Shown piece by piece: positions 26,129 to 35,623 of a stretch of DNA of 64,000 nt (positions within the stretch are counted from its first letter, which is position 1; every line of letters starts with the position of its first letter). The notes under the pieces were generated by a model that had not been told where the DNA came from, did no database searches, and saw only the letters and a list, made by a program, of their open reading frames with translations. The translations under genes were made by a program, and so were the position numbers. Source of the stretch: an uncultured Pelagibacteraceae bacterium (lineage in GTDB: Bacteria; Pseudomonadota; Alphaproteobacteria; Pelagibacterales; Pelagibacteraceae); NCBI GenBank assembly GCA_902624515.1, contig CACNYE010000001.1, positions 2,055 to 66,054 of the forward strand, given 5' to 3'.

Positions 26129-27502
26129 ATGAACGATCAAGTCCAAGCAGAGTTAAAGAAAATGCTTAATGGCAGATTTTCAACCTCTGAGTCAGCTAGA
26201 GCTAACTATGCCAGAGGGGAAGATACTTACGATCCAATTTTATCTCAAGCTGTTGTTTTCCCCGAGACCAATGAAGAAGTCTCAAAAATATTAAAATTAT
26301 GTAATGAACATAAAATACCAGTGGTTCCATTTGGAACGGGAACATCTCTAGAGGGAAATGTTGTAGGTAATGAAAATGGAATAACTATTTGTTTGGAGAA
26401 GATGAATAAGATTTTAAGTGTTAACGTTGAAGATTTCGATTGTAGAGTTCAAGCTTGTGTGACTAGAGAGCAATTAAATGAGCACTTAAGAGAGGATGGA
26501 GTTTTTTTCCCAATTGATCCAGGTGCAAATGCTGCATTAGGTGGAATGGCCTCAACTTCAGCTTCAGGAACTATGGCGGTAAAATATGGAACAATGAAAA
26601 CGGTTATTTCAGGTCTTACTGTAGTATTGCCTAACGGTGATATTATAAAAACAGGTGGAAGAACTAAAAAAACGTCTGCAGGCTATAATTTAACAAATTT
26701 ATTTATTGGAGCTGAGGGAACTCTTGGTATTATCACTGAAGTTCACTTAAGGTTATCTCCAATCCCAGAAAGTATAATGAGTGCTGTATGCCATTTTCCT
26801 TCTTTAGAAGATGCGGTAATGACAGCTCAGCAGGTTATTCAGTACGGTATTCCAATTGCTAGAATTGAAATGCTTAATGCAGATCAAATGGGTATTAGTA
26901 TAAATTATTCAAAGTTAAAAGATATTAAGGCAGTTCCAACTTTATTTTTTGAATTTCATGGATCAGAGATATCAAATAATGAGAATATAAAAATTGTAGA
27001 GGATATTTCAAAAGATAATAATGGTAGCTCGTTTAAATGGGCAAAAGATTTAGAGGAGAGAAATAAAATTTGGAAAGCAAGATGGGATGTTTATTACTCT
27101 GTTAAAGCTTTACATAATAATGGAAGAGTTTATTCGACTGATGTATGTGTTCCAATTTCAAATATCACAGAGTGTGTAAAATTCGCTGAAGAGCAAGCAA
27201 AAAAATTTGGAGTTCGGGCTCCAATGGTAGGTCATATGGGTGATGGAAATTTTCATGTAGTTCTACCTTATGACCCTACAAAAAAAGAAATGTATAAACA
27301 AATTAGAGCTTTTAATGATGTTTTAATAAGAAAAGCATTAGATCTTAATGGTACTATTACTGGCGAACACGGCGTAGGACTTCATAAAAAAGAGTATTTA
27401 CTAGAACAACACCCTGATAATATTCCAGTAATGAAATCAATTAAAAGAACCTTAGATCCAAATAATATAATGAACCCTGGCAAGATTTTTGATCTTAATT
27501 AA
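26129..27502 (+). CDS. FAD-linked oxidase, D-lactate dehydrogenase (cytochrome)/GlcD family
   Basis: Motifs PFGTGTSLEG, FPIDPGA.A.LGGM, SAGYNLT.LFIGAEGTLG, GHMGDGNFH, GEHGVG, NPGK. Confidence 0.88.
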   Translation: MNDQVQAELKKMLNGRFSTSESARANYARGEDTYDPILSQAVVFPETNEEVSKILKLCNEHKIPVVPFGTGTSLEGNVVGNENGITICLEKMNKILSVNVEDFDCRVQACVTREQLNEHLREDGVFFPIDPGANAALGGMASTSASGTMAVKYGTMKTVISGLTVVLPNGDIIKTGGRTKKTSAGYNLTNLFIGAEGTLGIITEVHLRLSPIPESIMSAVCHFPSLEDAVMTAQQVIQYGIPIARIEMLNADQMGISINYSKLKDIKAVPTLFFEFHGSEISNNENIKIVEDISKDNNGSSFKWAKDLEERNKIWKARWDVYYSVKALHNNGRVYSTDVCVPISNITECVKFAEEQAKKFGVRAPMVGHMGDGNFHVVLPYDPTKKEMYKQIRAFNDVLIRKALDLNGTITGEHGVGLHKKEYLLEQHPDNIPVMKSIKRTLDPNNIMNPGKIFDLN

Positions 27503-27517
27503 TTTAAAATATATCTT

Positions 27518-28471
27518 ATGAAAAAAATTTTGATTACTAGAAAATTAATTAAGGAAAGTGAAGATAAAGCTTTAAAAACTTTTGATCCAATTTTTAATCC
27601 AAATGATGAATTGTATTCGCAGTCTAAAGTAATTGAAATGTCCAAAGGTTGTGATGGAATTTTAACATCACTTACAGATAAAATGGATCAAGAGACTATT
27701 AATAAACTTCCTGAAACTATTAAAATAATTTCTAACTTTGCGGTAGGTTTTGGAAATATCGATTTAAAAGCTGCTAAACAAAAAGGCATTGCTGTAACAA
27801 ATACTCCTGAAGTTTTATCAGATGCGACAGCTGAAATTGGAATGTTATTAATTTTAGGTGCATGCAGAAGAGCAGCTGAAGGAATTGAGTCAGCAAGAGA
27901 AGGTGGTTGGAAATGGTCAGCAGATTATTTAATTGGAAAACAATTAACCGGAGCAAGACTAGGAATTTTAGGAATGGGAAGAATAGGTCAAAAAATTGCG
28001 AAAATAGCTCGTTCATTTGGAATGATCATTCACTATCATAATCGATCAAAACTGAGTGAAGATAAAGAACTTGGAGCAGTTTATCATAAAGACATCAAAA
28101 GTCTTTTTTCTGTTTCCGATGTTTTATCCATTTGCTGTCCGGCCACAAAAGAAACAGAAAATATGATTAATAAAGAAACAGTTGAATTTTTTCCAAAAGG
28201 AGCAGTTATTACTAATGTCGCTAGAGGGGATATTGTTGATGATGATGCTTTAATAGATGCATTAAATAGAAGAAAGATTTATGCAGTTGGTTTAGATGTT
28301 TATAAAAATGAACCAAATTTAAATCCAGGATATCTTAAAATTAAATCTGCATTTATTTTGCCTCATCTAGGAAGCGCAACTAAAGATACTAGAATTGCAA
28401 TGGCTAACTTAGCAATAGATAATATTGATGATTTTTTTAAAACTGGAAATTGTAAAAATAAAGTAAACTAA
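27518..28471 (+). CDS. D-isomer-specific 2-hydroxyacid dehydrogenase (glyoxylate/hydroxypyruvate reductase-like)
   Basis: Motifs VTNTPEVL.DATAE, GMGRIG, NVARG, GLDVY.NEP, LPHLGSAT. Confidence 0.9.
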   Translation: MKKILITRKLIKESEDKALKTFDPIFNPNDELYSQSKVIEMSKGCDGILTSLTDKMDQETINKLPETIKIISNFAVGFGNIDLKAAKQKGIAVTNTPEVLSDATAEIGMLLILGACRRAAEGIESAREGGWKWSADYLIGKQLTGARLGILGMGRIGQKIAKIARSFGMIIHYHNRSKLSEDKELGAVYHKDIKSLFSVSDVLSICCPATKETENMINKETVEFFPKGAVITNVARGDIVDDDALIDALNRRKIYAVGLDVYKNEPNLNPGYLKIKSAFILPHLGSATKDTRIAMANLAIDNIDDFFKTGNCKNKVN

Positions 28472-28589
28472 TTCTACTTCAGATTGTAAAAAATTATATT
28501 TCTGCGACATCTGAGTTTTTTTTTAGAAAGACTCCAATCTAAATCTATGCTTTAATTAAATGAGTTAATTAACTTTAATAGGAGAAATA

Positions 28590-29744
28590 ATGACTAAAGA
28601 AAATAAATCATTGAAGGTTAAAACATCTTCAAGACGTAAGTTCTTTAAGACTGCTGCTAAGACTGGTGCTTTAGCTGCAGCCGCTGTTGCAATGCCTTAT
28701 GTAAAGGCAAATGCTGCAACAACATTAAAGATGCAAGCTGCATGGCCTAGTGGAGCAAACATCTTTTTTGAAATGGCTGGAGACTATTGTAACATGGTTA
28801 AAGAAATGTCTGGAGGTTCACTTCAGATCGATCTTCAACCTGTTGGCGCAGTTGTTAAGACTTCAGAAATCGGACAAGCAGTTAGTTCTGGTGTAGTTGA
28901 TATGGGTCACTGGGTGACAGCATATTGGTATGGTAAAAATCCTGCTGCATCATTATTTGGAACTGGTCCTTCATACGGTATGTCATCTCAAGAAGTTATG
29001 GGATGGATGGAGTATGGTGGAGGAAGAAAATTATATGATGAAACTCTTGCAAAAGTAGGTTTTGATTATGTTGGTTTTTTCCATATGCCTATGCCAGCTC
29101 AGCCTTTTGGTTGGTTCAAAAAGAACGTAACTAAAGTATCTGATGTAAAAGGTATGAAGTACAGAACAGTTGGTCTAGCGACTAACGTTTTAACTGCAAT
29201 GGGAATGGTAGTTAGACAATTACCAGGTGGTGAAATTCAGCCAGCTATGAAAACTGGTTTGATTGAAGCTGCTGAGTTTAACAACCCAACTTCAGACTCT
29301 CAATTTGGTATGCAAGATGTTTCTAAGCATTATCACTTAGGAAGCTTCCACCAATCTCAAGAGATGTTTGAAATACCAGTTAATAAAAAAACATATAATA
29401 GTTTATCACCAGCGCACCAAGCAATTCTTAAAAATGCTGCTTATGCTGCTAACAGTGATAACTACTTTAAAGCTTTAGTAAGATACTCAGCTGACTTAGC
29501 TAAGTTGATGAATGAGCATAAAGTAAATGTGTATCAAACTTCTGATGAAATTTTAGCTCAACAATTAAAAGGTTGGGATAAAGTAATCGGTGATTTCAAT
29601 AAGAAAGATCCTTTCTTTAAGAAAATCGTTGATTCTCAGAAAGCATATGCGAAGAGAGTAATGAAATACTTGCTGATGAATCAGCCAAATTACAAACTTG
29701 CATATGAAAATGAGTTTGGTCCAATTGCAAAAGTTAAGTTATAA
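28590..29744 (+). CDS. TRAP transporter substrate-binding protein (TakP / 2-oxo-acid subfamily), Tat-exported
   Basis: Twin-arginine signal SRRKFFK, motifs YWYGKNPAASLF, MKYRTVGL, LPGGEI, AAEFNNP; GGAGA ribosome-binding site. Confidence 0.88.
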   Translation: MTKENKSLKVKTSSRRKFFKTAAKTGALAAAAVAMPYVKANAATTLKMQAAWPSGANIFFEMAGDYCNMVKEMSGGSLQIDLQPVGAVVKTSEIGQAVSSGVVDMGHWVTAYWYGKNPAASLFGTGPSYGMSSQEVMGWMEYGGGRKLYDETLAKVGFDYVGFFHMPMPAQPFGWFKKNVTKVSDVKGMKYRTVGLATNVLTAMGMVVRQLPGGEIQPAMKTGLIEAAEFNNPTSDSQFGMQDVSKHYHLGSFHQSQEMFEIPVNKKTYNSLSPAHQAILKNAAYAANSDNYFKALVRYSADLAKLMNEHKVNVYQTSDEILAQQLKGWDKVIGDFNKKDPFFKKIVDSQKAYAKRVMKYLLMNQPNYKLAYENEFGPIAKVKL

Positions 29745-29765
29745 TTAACTTTTGATAAATTCTTT

Positions 29766-29789
29766 AAAGGGGGCCTCGGCCCCCTTTTT
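29766..29789 (+). terminator. Intrinsic terminator after the TRAP binding-protein gene
   Basis: AAA-GGGGGC-CTCG-GCCCCC-TTTTT: GC hairpin with U-tract. Confidence 0.88.
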
Positions 29790-29829
29790 ATTTGATTATT
29801 TAATAACAATTCAATAAAAGTTTATATCT

Positions 29830-30423
29830 ATGATGAGATCTTACATAAAATTTGCTGATCGTTTAAGTGTCTCAATGGGAAAAGCTTTTTCTTGGTGCAT
29901 AGTGATTTTAATGGGAGGAACATGCTATGAAGTTTTTATGGCTTATGCTTTAAATGCACCAACTTTATGGAATTTTGATTTTAGTCTTCAAATGTACGGA
30001 GCCATCTTTATGATGGCAGGTGCCTATACTTTGTGTACAGAAGCTCATGTGAGGGGTGATGTAATTTACAGATTATTTTCTCAAAGAACACAAGCATGGA
30101 TAGATATAGTTTTATACTTTATTTTCTTTTTTCCTGGCGTTCTTGCATTAGCTTTTTATGGTTATGAATATGCGGCACTTGCGTGGAAAATAAAAGAAAC
30201 AAGTTGGAATAGCCCTGCACAAATTCAAATATATATGGCAAAATCTTTAATACCTCTATCAGGCAGTCTTTTAACTCTACAAGGTATAAGTGAGGTCTTT
30301 AGATGTATTATTTGTATACAAACTGGAAGTTGGCCAGAAAGAGGAACTGAGCGTGATGCTGAAGAAACTGAAAAAGTATTAATGAGAACGTCACAACAAG
30401 GAAATAAGGAAGATGTTATTTAG
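29830..30423 (+). CDS. TRAP transporter small permease (DctQ)
   Basis: 4 TM helices, motifs LNAPTLW, HVRGDVIY. Confidence 0.88.
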   Translation: MMRSYIKFADRLSVSMGKAFSWCIVILMGGTCYEVFMAYALNAPTLWNFDFSLQMYGAIFMMAGAYTLCTEAHVRGDVIYRLFSQRTQAWIDIVLYFIFFFPGVLALAFYGYEYAALAWKIKETSWNSPAQIQIYMAKSLIPLSGSLLTLQGISEVFRCIICIQTGSWPERGTERDAEETEKVLMRTSQQGNKEDVI

Positions 30424-31774
30424 TCTGACAAATCCTGAAGTAGCAATTATGATGATGGGAATATTTTTGTTCGCAGTGTTATTAGGTTTTCCAATTGCAT
30501 TTACTTTAATGGCTATGGGTTTGGGCTTTGGTTATTATGCTTATTTTGATCCAACTAAGATGGAGCATCTTTTTGATAATAGGATATTTCAACTCTTTGT
30601 TCAAAATACTTATACCGTCATGGACAACAATGTATTGACCGCGGTCCCACTTTTTTTATTTATGGGATACCTTGTTGAAAGAGCTGGTATTGTAGCTAAA
30701 TTGTTTTTTGCGATTAGATTAGCTTCTCATAAACTTCCTGCCTCAATGGCTGTAGCCGCATTAATAACATGTGCATTATTTTCTACTGCCACTGGTATTA
30801 TTGGTGCAGTAGTAACATTAATGGGTCTTCTCGCATGGCCAGCCATGGTTAAAGCAGGTTATGATAAAAAGTTTGCATCTGGAATAATTTGTTCTGGTGG
30901 ATGTTTAGGAATTTTAATTCCTCCAAGTATTATGTTAATTGTATATTCCGTAATTGCTCAGTTGTCGCCATTAAGATTGTTTGCTGCAGCAATTTTTCCG
31001 GGACTAATGTTAGCAGGACTTTATATAGCTTATGCAATATTCAGAGCTTGGTTAAATCCCTCAATTGCTCCAAAACCTGCTGCAGAGGAAATTCCTCCTA
31101 CAGCTGTTATTATGAAAGAAGTTCTTGTATCTTTTTTACCTTTATTTTCTTTAATAATTTTAGTTTTAGGTACTATTCTTGCTGGAATTGCTACTCCTGC
31201 TGAAGCAGCTGCTGTAGGTGCTTTTGGATCATTGGTGCTTTCTTATTTTTATAAAACGCTTAAGTGGAAAAATTTTAAAGAGTCAGTGTTCCTTACAGCA
31301 AAAACAACTGCAATGATAATGTGGTTATTTATTGGTTCTTGGACCTTCGCATCTGTTTTTTCTTATCTTGGGGGTCATGAAGTTTTCGAACATTTCTTTA
31401 AATCTTTAAATTTACAACCATGGCAATTTTTAGTTATTACTCAATTAATTATCTTTTTGTTAGGTTGGCCTTTAGAATGGACGGAGATTTTAATTATTTT
31501 TGTTCCTATCTTTTTACCACTTGTAGAGTTTTTTGGAGTAAATCCATATTTTTTTGCAATGTTAATTGCTTTAAATTTACAAACATCATTTTTGACACCA
31601 CCCATGGCGATGTCAGCTTATTATTTAAAAGGAGTTCAATCAAAGAATGTTGAGCTAATGCAGATCTTTAGTGGAATAATGCCCTTTTTAGCTATTGTAA
31701 TTTTAGCTATGGTCTTAATGTATTTATTCCCAGGAATAGCACTTTGGTTACCAGAGACATTATTTGCAAATTAA
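30413..31774 (+). CDS. TRAP transporter large permease (DctM)
   Basis: Motifs LGFPIAF, AVPLFLFMG, LGILIPPS, TPAEAAAVG, QTSFLTPP. Confidence 0.92.
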   Translation: MLFSLTNPEVAIMMMGIFLFAVLLGFPIAFTLMAMGLGFGYYAYFDPTKMEHLFDNRIFQLFVQNTYTVMDNNVLTAVPLFLFMGYLVERAGIVAKLFFAIRLASHKLPASMAVAALITCALFSTATGIIGAVVTLMGLLAWPAMVKAGYDKKFASGIICSGGCLGILIPPSIMLIVYSVIAQLSPLRLFAAAIFPGLMLAGLYIAYAIFRAWLNPSIAPKPAAEEIPPTAVIMKEVLVSFLPLFSLIILVLGTILAGIATPAEAAAVGAFGSLVLSYFYKTLKWKNFKESVFLTAKTTAMIMWLFIGSWTFASVFSYLGGHEVFEHFFKSLNLQPWQFLVITQLIIFLLGWPLEWTEILIIFVPIFLPLVEFFGVNPYFFAMLIALNLQTSFLTPPMAMSAYYLKGVQSKNVELMQIFSGIMPFLAIVILAMVLMYLFPGIALWLPETLFAN

Positions 31775-31780
31775 TTTTAA

Positions 31781-33109
31781 ATGACAGATATATTTTCTTT
31801 AAGTCTTGAAGAGCTTGCGTTGAAAATAAAAGATGCCCAGCTGTCTTCAGTTGAAGTTTGTGAAAAATATATAGAAAGAATAAATAAATTTGAAAAAGAT
31901 GTTAAAGCGTGGGCGCATTTCGATAAAAAAGTTTTGTTAGAAAAAGCAGCTGAGGCAGATGAATACAGAAAATCAGGAAAACCAGTGGGATCTCTTCATG
32001 GAGTTCCTATAGCAGTTAAAGATATAATTGGAACTGTTGATATGCCGACAGAATGTGGAACAGTTATAAGAAAAGGAAAATCGTATTCACAAAATGCAGA
32101 AATAATTGATTTACTTCATTCATCTGGGGCAATTGTGATGGGTAAAACAGCTACTTCGGAGCTTGCTTATTTAGGACCACCTTCTACAACAAACCCTCAT
32201 GACAAAACTAGAACGCCTGGTGGATCTTCAAGTGGCTCTGCAGCATCTGTAGCCTCTTTTATGGCACCTGCTTCAATCGGTTCTCAAACAGGAGGGTCAA
32301 TAATTAGACCAGCATCTTATTGTGGTGTTGTGGGATACAAACCTACTTATGGATTAATCTCAAGAAATGGTGTTTTAAGAACTTCATATAACCTAGACCA
32401 CATTGGTATGTTTGGTAGAAAAGTAGAAGATGTTGCAATGCTGGCAAAAGTTTTAATTAAAAAAGATAAATTTGATCCTGCTACAATTCATTACTCAACT
32501 GAAAATATCTTAAATGAAACAAAAAAAGGACCTTTATTTGAACCGAAATTTATCTTTTATAAAACCAACCATTGGAAAATAATTGATAAAAAATCAAGAG
32601 AGTCATTTGATTATTTTATTAAGTCTTTTAAGAAAAATATTGAAATTTTTGATACTCCTTCATATTTCAAAGATATTCACAAATATCATCAAATAATACA
32701 TGAAACAGATTTAGCGAATAACTTCTCTGTATACTTTAAAAAATTTAAAAAAAAACTTTCTAAGTATATGCAGGATGCAATTACAAATGGAAGTAAATAT
32801 TCAGCTAAAGAATATGCTGAGGCGATAGATTTTATGAAAAGAAGTTATGAATCATACCAAGAGGTATTTGAAGATTATCATGGGGTTTTATCTCCTTCTA
32901 GTCCAGGTGTAGCACCAAAAGGTCTAAAAAGCACTGGCACAGCAGAGTTTAATAAAGTTTGGTCTTATCTTGGTACACCATGTATTTCACTCCCTTTACT
33001 TGAGGGTGAAAATAATTTACCATTAGGTGTTCAATTAATTGGTGACAAATATGATGACCATAGATTTTTAGGTGTTGCTAGATGGTTAGAAAAAGAGTGT
33101 GAGGAATAA
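31781..33109 (+). CDS. Amidase-signature family amidase
   Basis: Motifs LHGVPIAVKD, GKT.T.E, TPGGSSSGSAA, GSQTGGSIIRPASYCG, LPLGVQL. Confidence 0.88.
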   Translation: MTDIFSLSLEELALKIKDAQLSSVEVCEKYIERINKFEKDVKAWAHFDKKVLLEKAAEADEYRKSGKPVGSLHGVPIAVKDIIGTVDMPTECGTVIRKGKSYSQNAEIIDLLHSSGAIVMGKTATSELAYLGPPSTTNPHDKTRTPGGSSSGSAASVASFMAPASIGSQTGGSIIRPASYCGVVGYKPTYGLISRNGVLRTSYNLDHIGMFGRKVEDVAMLAKVLIKKDKFDPATIHYSTENILNETKKGPLFEPKFIFYKTNHWKIIDKKSRESFDYFIKSFKKNIEIFDTPSYFKDIHKYHQIIHETDLANNFSVYFKKFKKKLSKYMQDAITNGSKYSAKEYAEAIDFMKRSYESYQEVFEDYHGVLSPSSPGVAPKGLKSTGTAEFNKVWSYLGTPCISLPLLEGENNLPLGVQLIGDKYDDHRFLGVARWLEKECEE

Positions 33110-33114
33110 ATAAA

Positions 33115-33291
33115 ATGAATAAAATTACTACTATTATTGGACTATCATTTGCCATATTTTTTTTAATCGGATTGGCAACTACTTTAACAAGATCAATGAT
33201 GATTGGTTTTTTAGATGTCATTCCAGTTTACTTTTTAATGGCTGCAGCTATCATAATGATGATTTATGAAGCTTTCTTTGATAAAAGTTAG
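33115..33291 (+). CDS. Small 2-TM hypothetical protein (58 aa, not in the ORF track)
   Basis: ATG 33115 preceded by GAGGA; MNKITTIIGLSFAIFFLIGLATTLTRSMMIGFLDVIPVYFLMAAAIIMMIYEAFFDKS; fills the gap between the amidase and DMT genes. Confidence 0.72.
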   Translation: MNKITTIIGLSFAIFFLIGLATTLTRSMMIGFLDVIPVYFLMAAAIIMMIYEAFFDKS

Positions 33292-33302
33292 TTCTAATTA
33301 AA

Positions 33303-34208
33303 TTGAAAAATTTCAAAATTAACTTTTTTCCACTATCATTATTATTTATACAGCCAATTTTTATGGCCAGTAATTTAGTGGTTGCTAGAGGAGGTGTGGA
33401 ATTTGTTCCCCCAATTTCACTTGCCTTTTGGAGATGGATGGTCGTCTTTTTAATATTATTACCTTTTACATATGTGGCTCTTAAAAAAAACTTTCATGTC
33501 ATTAAAAAAGAATATAAAAAATTATTCTTTTTAGGCTCGATGGGATGTGGTGTATGTGGGGCTTTTCCATTTCTAGCAGGTGAAACCACTACAGTTACAA
33601 ATATGGGAATTATATACACATCATCTCCAGTGTTTATAATTTTAATTTCTTATTTTTTTTTTAAAGAGAAAATCAATTTAACTAAAATAATTGGGCTTAT
33701 TGCATGTTTAATAGGTGTTTTTATAATTATCATAAAAGGAGATTTGGATTTATTAATTAATTTACAATTCACCATTGGGGATTTATGGATGCTGGCTGCT
33801 GCAATTGGTTGGGCTTTGTATTCTATTTACTTATTTTATTGGAATTCTAGGTTAAGGATTTTTGAGAGATTTACTTTAATATCTTTTTTTGGTGCATTAA
33901 GTTTACTGCCTTTTTATATCGGAGAAGAAATCTTTTACAAGCAGACAATTTTTATCCCTGAATTTTATTTATGGGTAATTTTTGCTGCTATTTCACCGGG
34001 GATAATTGCTTTTACACTCTACACGATAGCTCAAAAAAAATTAGGTGCTTCATTAACAGGATTTACACTTTATATTTTTACAGTTTATGGGGCAATTTAT
34101 GGATATATTTTATTTGATGAAAAATTTGAAAATTATCATTTCTTAGGAACTATTTTGGTATTTTTAGGCATATATTTAGCAAAGAAAAAAAATGTTAAAA
34201 AAGTTTAG
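33303..34208 (+). CDS. DMT/EamA family transporter
   Basis: About 10 TM helices, PPISLAFWRW, KEKI...KIIG, GDLWML.A...WALYS. Confidence 0.9.
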   Translation: MKNFKINFFPLSLLFIQPIFMASNLVVARGGVEFVPPISLAFWRWMVVFLILLPFTYVALKKNFHVIKKEYKKLFFLGSMGCGVCGAFPFLAGETTTVTNMGIIYTSSPVFIILISYFFFKEKINLTKIIGLIACLIGVFIIIIKGDLDLLINLQFTIGDLWMLAAAIGWALYSIYLFYWNSRLRIFERFTLISFFGALSLLPFYIGEEIFYKQTIFIPEFYLWVIFAAISPGIIAFTLYTIAQKKLGASLTGFTLYIFTVYGAIYGYILFDEKFENYHFLGTILVFLGIYLAKKKNVKKV

Positions 34209-35010
34209 GAAAAATTTGCTGTTATTTTTTCAAATAATCATTTTTATATATTTAGTAATTTTGATTTTTTTATATTTTTTCCAAAGAAATTTAATGTACC
34301 ATCCGAATGAGAATAATTACTTTGATGACCAAATTTCGGTTCATATCGATAAGGTAAAAATTATTACAGAGGATAATATTGAGTTACTAGGTTGGTATCA
34401 CCAAAAAGATTTAAAAAGATACAAAACAATCCTTTTTTTTCATGGAAATGCTGGGTCTTTAGAAAATAGAATTCACAAGTTAAATCATTTTCGTGAAATG
34501 GACGTAAATTTTCTAATAATTGCGTGGAGAGGTTTTAGTGGAAATAAGGGCAAGCCAACTGAGAAAGGTCTTTATCAAGATGGTAAAAGTGCATTAAATT
34601 GGTTGCTTAATAAGGGAATTAAAGAAGAAAATATAATAATTTATGGTGAGTCATTAGGAACTGGTGTTGCTACACATTTATCACAAAATAAAAATTTTGC
34701 TGGTATTATTTTAGAAACTCCTTTTACATCAATGGTTGATGCAGCTAAAACATTTTATCCATATATTCCAGTTGGTTTATTGTTGAAAGATAAGTTTGAT
34801 AACAAAAATAAGATAAAAAATATAACAGCTCCAGTTTTAGTTATGCATGGTGAAGCTGATCAAATAGTTCCATTTTTTATGGGAAAAAAAATATATGAGA
34901 TTGCAAATGAACCAAAATATTCTTATTTTACAAAAAATGACAATCATATGATGGAATATGATGAAAATCTTATTAAAGCTCTCAATTCGTTTATTAAAAG
35001 TTTAAATTAA
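34192..35010 (+). CDS. Membrane-anchored alpha/beta hydrolase (ABHD13-like)
   Basis: Motifs FHGNAG, RGFSG..G.PTE.G, YGESLG, HGEADQIVP, H. Confidence 0.88.
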   Translation: MLKKFRKNLLLFFQIIIFIYLVILIFLYFFQRNLMYHPNENNYFDDQISVHIDKVKIITEDNIELLGWYHQKDLKRYKTILFFHGNAGSLENRIHKLNHFREMDVNFLIIAWRGFSGNKGKPTEKGLYQDGKSALNWLLNKGIKEENIIIYGESLGTGVATHLSQNKNFAGIILETPFTSMVDAAKTFYPYIPVGLLLKDKFDNKNKIKNITAPVLVMHGEADQIVPFFMGKKIYEIANEPKYSYFTKNDNHMMEYDENLIKALNSFIKSLN

Positions 35011-35059
35011 GCCATAATCTTAACAAAGATATTTCAAAGTTCTTATTTAACTTTAAATA

Positions 35060-35623
35060 GTGAAAATTTTTTTCTTAATATTTATTTCATACTTTATTTT
35101 TACAAATATCGTTCATCCGCAAGATAATTTTTTTCAGCCGTATGATCTATTTCATATTGATCATATGGACTCACATAACAAAAAATTCAGTTTGTATTTC
35201 AAGGGTCGAAAAAAATCTATTTTAGCAAGAGGAGAAGATAGTAATTATATTAACGATTACCCAAAAGATCTATACATTTATAATTATTCAAACAAGTCAT
35301 CTGCTCCTTTAATTTCTTATGATTGGTTTCCGTCAAAAGCTAAGCATATTTTAAAAGAATATGATTTTCCTGTTTTTCCTGATGACTTTGTATACTACTT
35401 ATTAAAAGATGATAAAACATTAGTCATGATTAGTGCAGTAAAAAATTTAAATGCAAATTTTAAATATGATATATCAAAGAAAAAACTAGAACTTTACCCT
35501 ACCACTGGTAAATTTGATTTCATTATTTCATCCTTTTCTAAGGATTGTGGATATTATAAATTTAAAGATAACTATAAATGTAATATTTATAAACCTTTAA
35601 TTTCTAGTAATTTAATTAATTAG
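35060..35623 (+). CDS. Hypothetical exported protein
   Basis: 187-aa ORF with a signal-like N-terminus; no family recognised. Confidence 0.6.
   Translation: MKIFFLIFISYFIFTNIVHPQDNFFQPYDLFHIDHMDSHNKKFSLYFKGRKKSILARGEDSNYINDYPKDLYIYNYSNKSSAPLISYDWFPSKAKHILKEYDFPVFPDDFVYYLLKDDKTLVMISAVKNLNANFKYDISKKKLELYPTTGKFDFIISSFSKDCGYYKFKDNYKCNIYKPLISSNLIN

Noticed and set aside
31781-33109. gatA (Glu-tRNA amidotransferase subunit A)
   Set aside because: It has GSQTGGSIIRPA rather than GSDTGGSIRQPA, and gatB/gatC are not adjacent.
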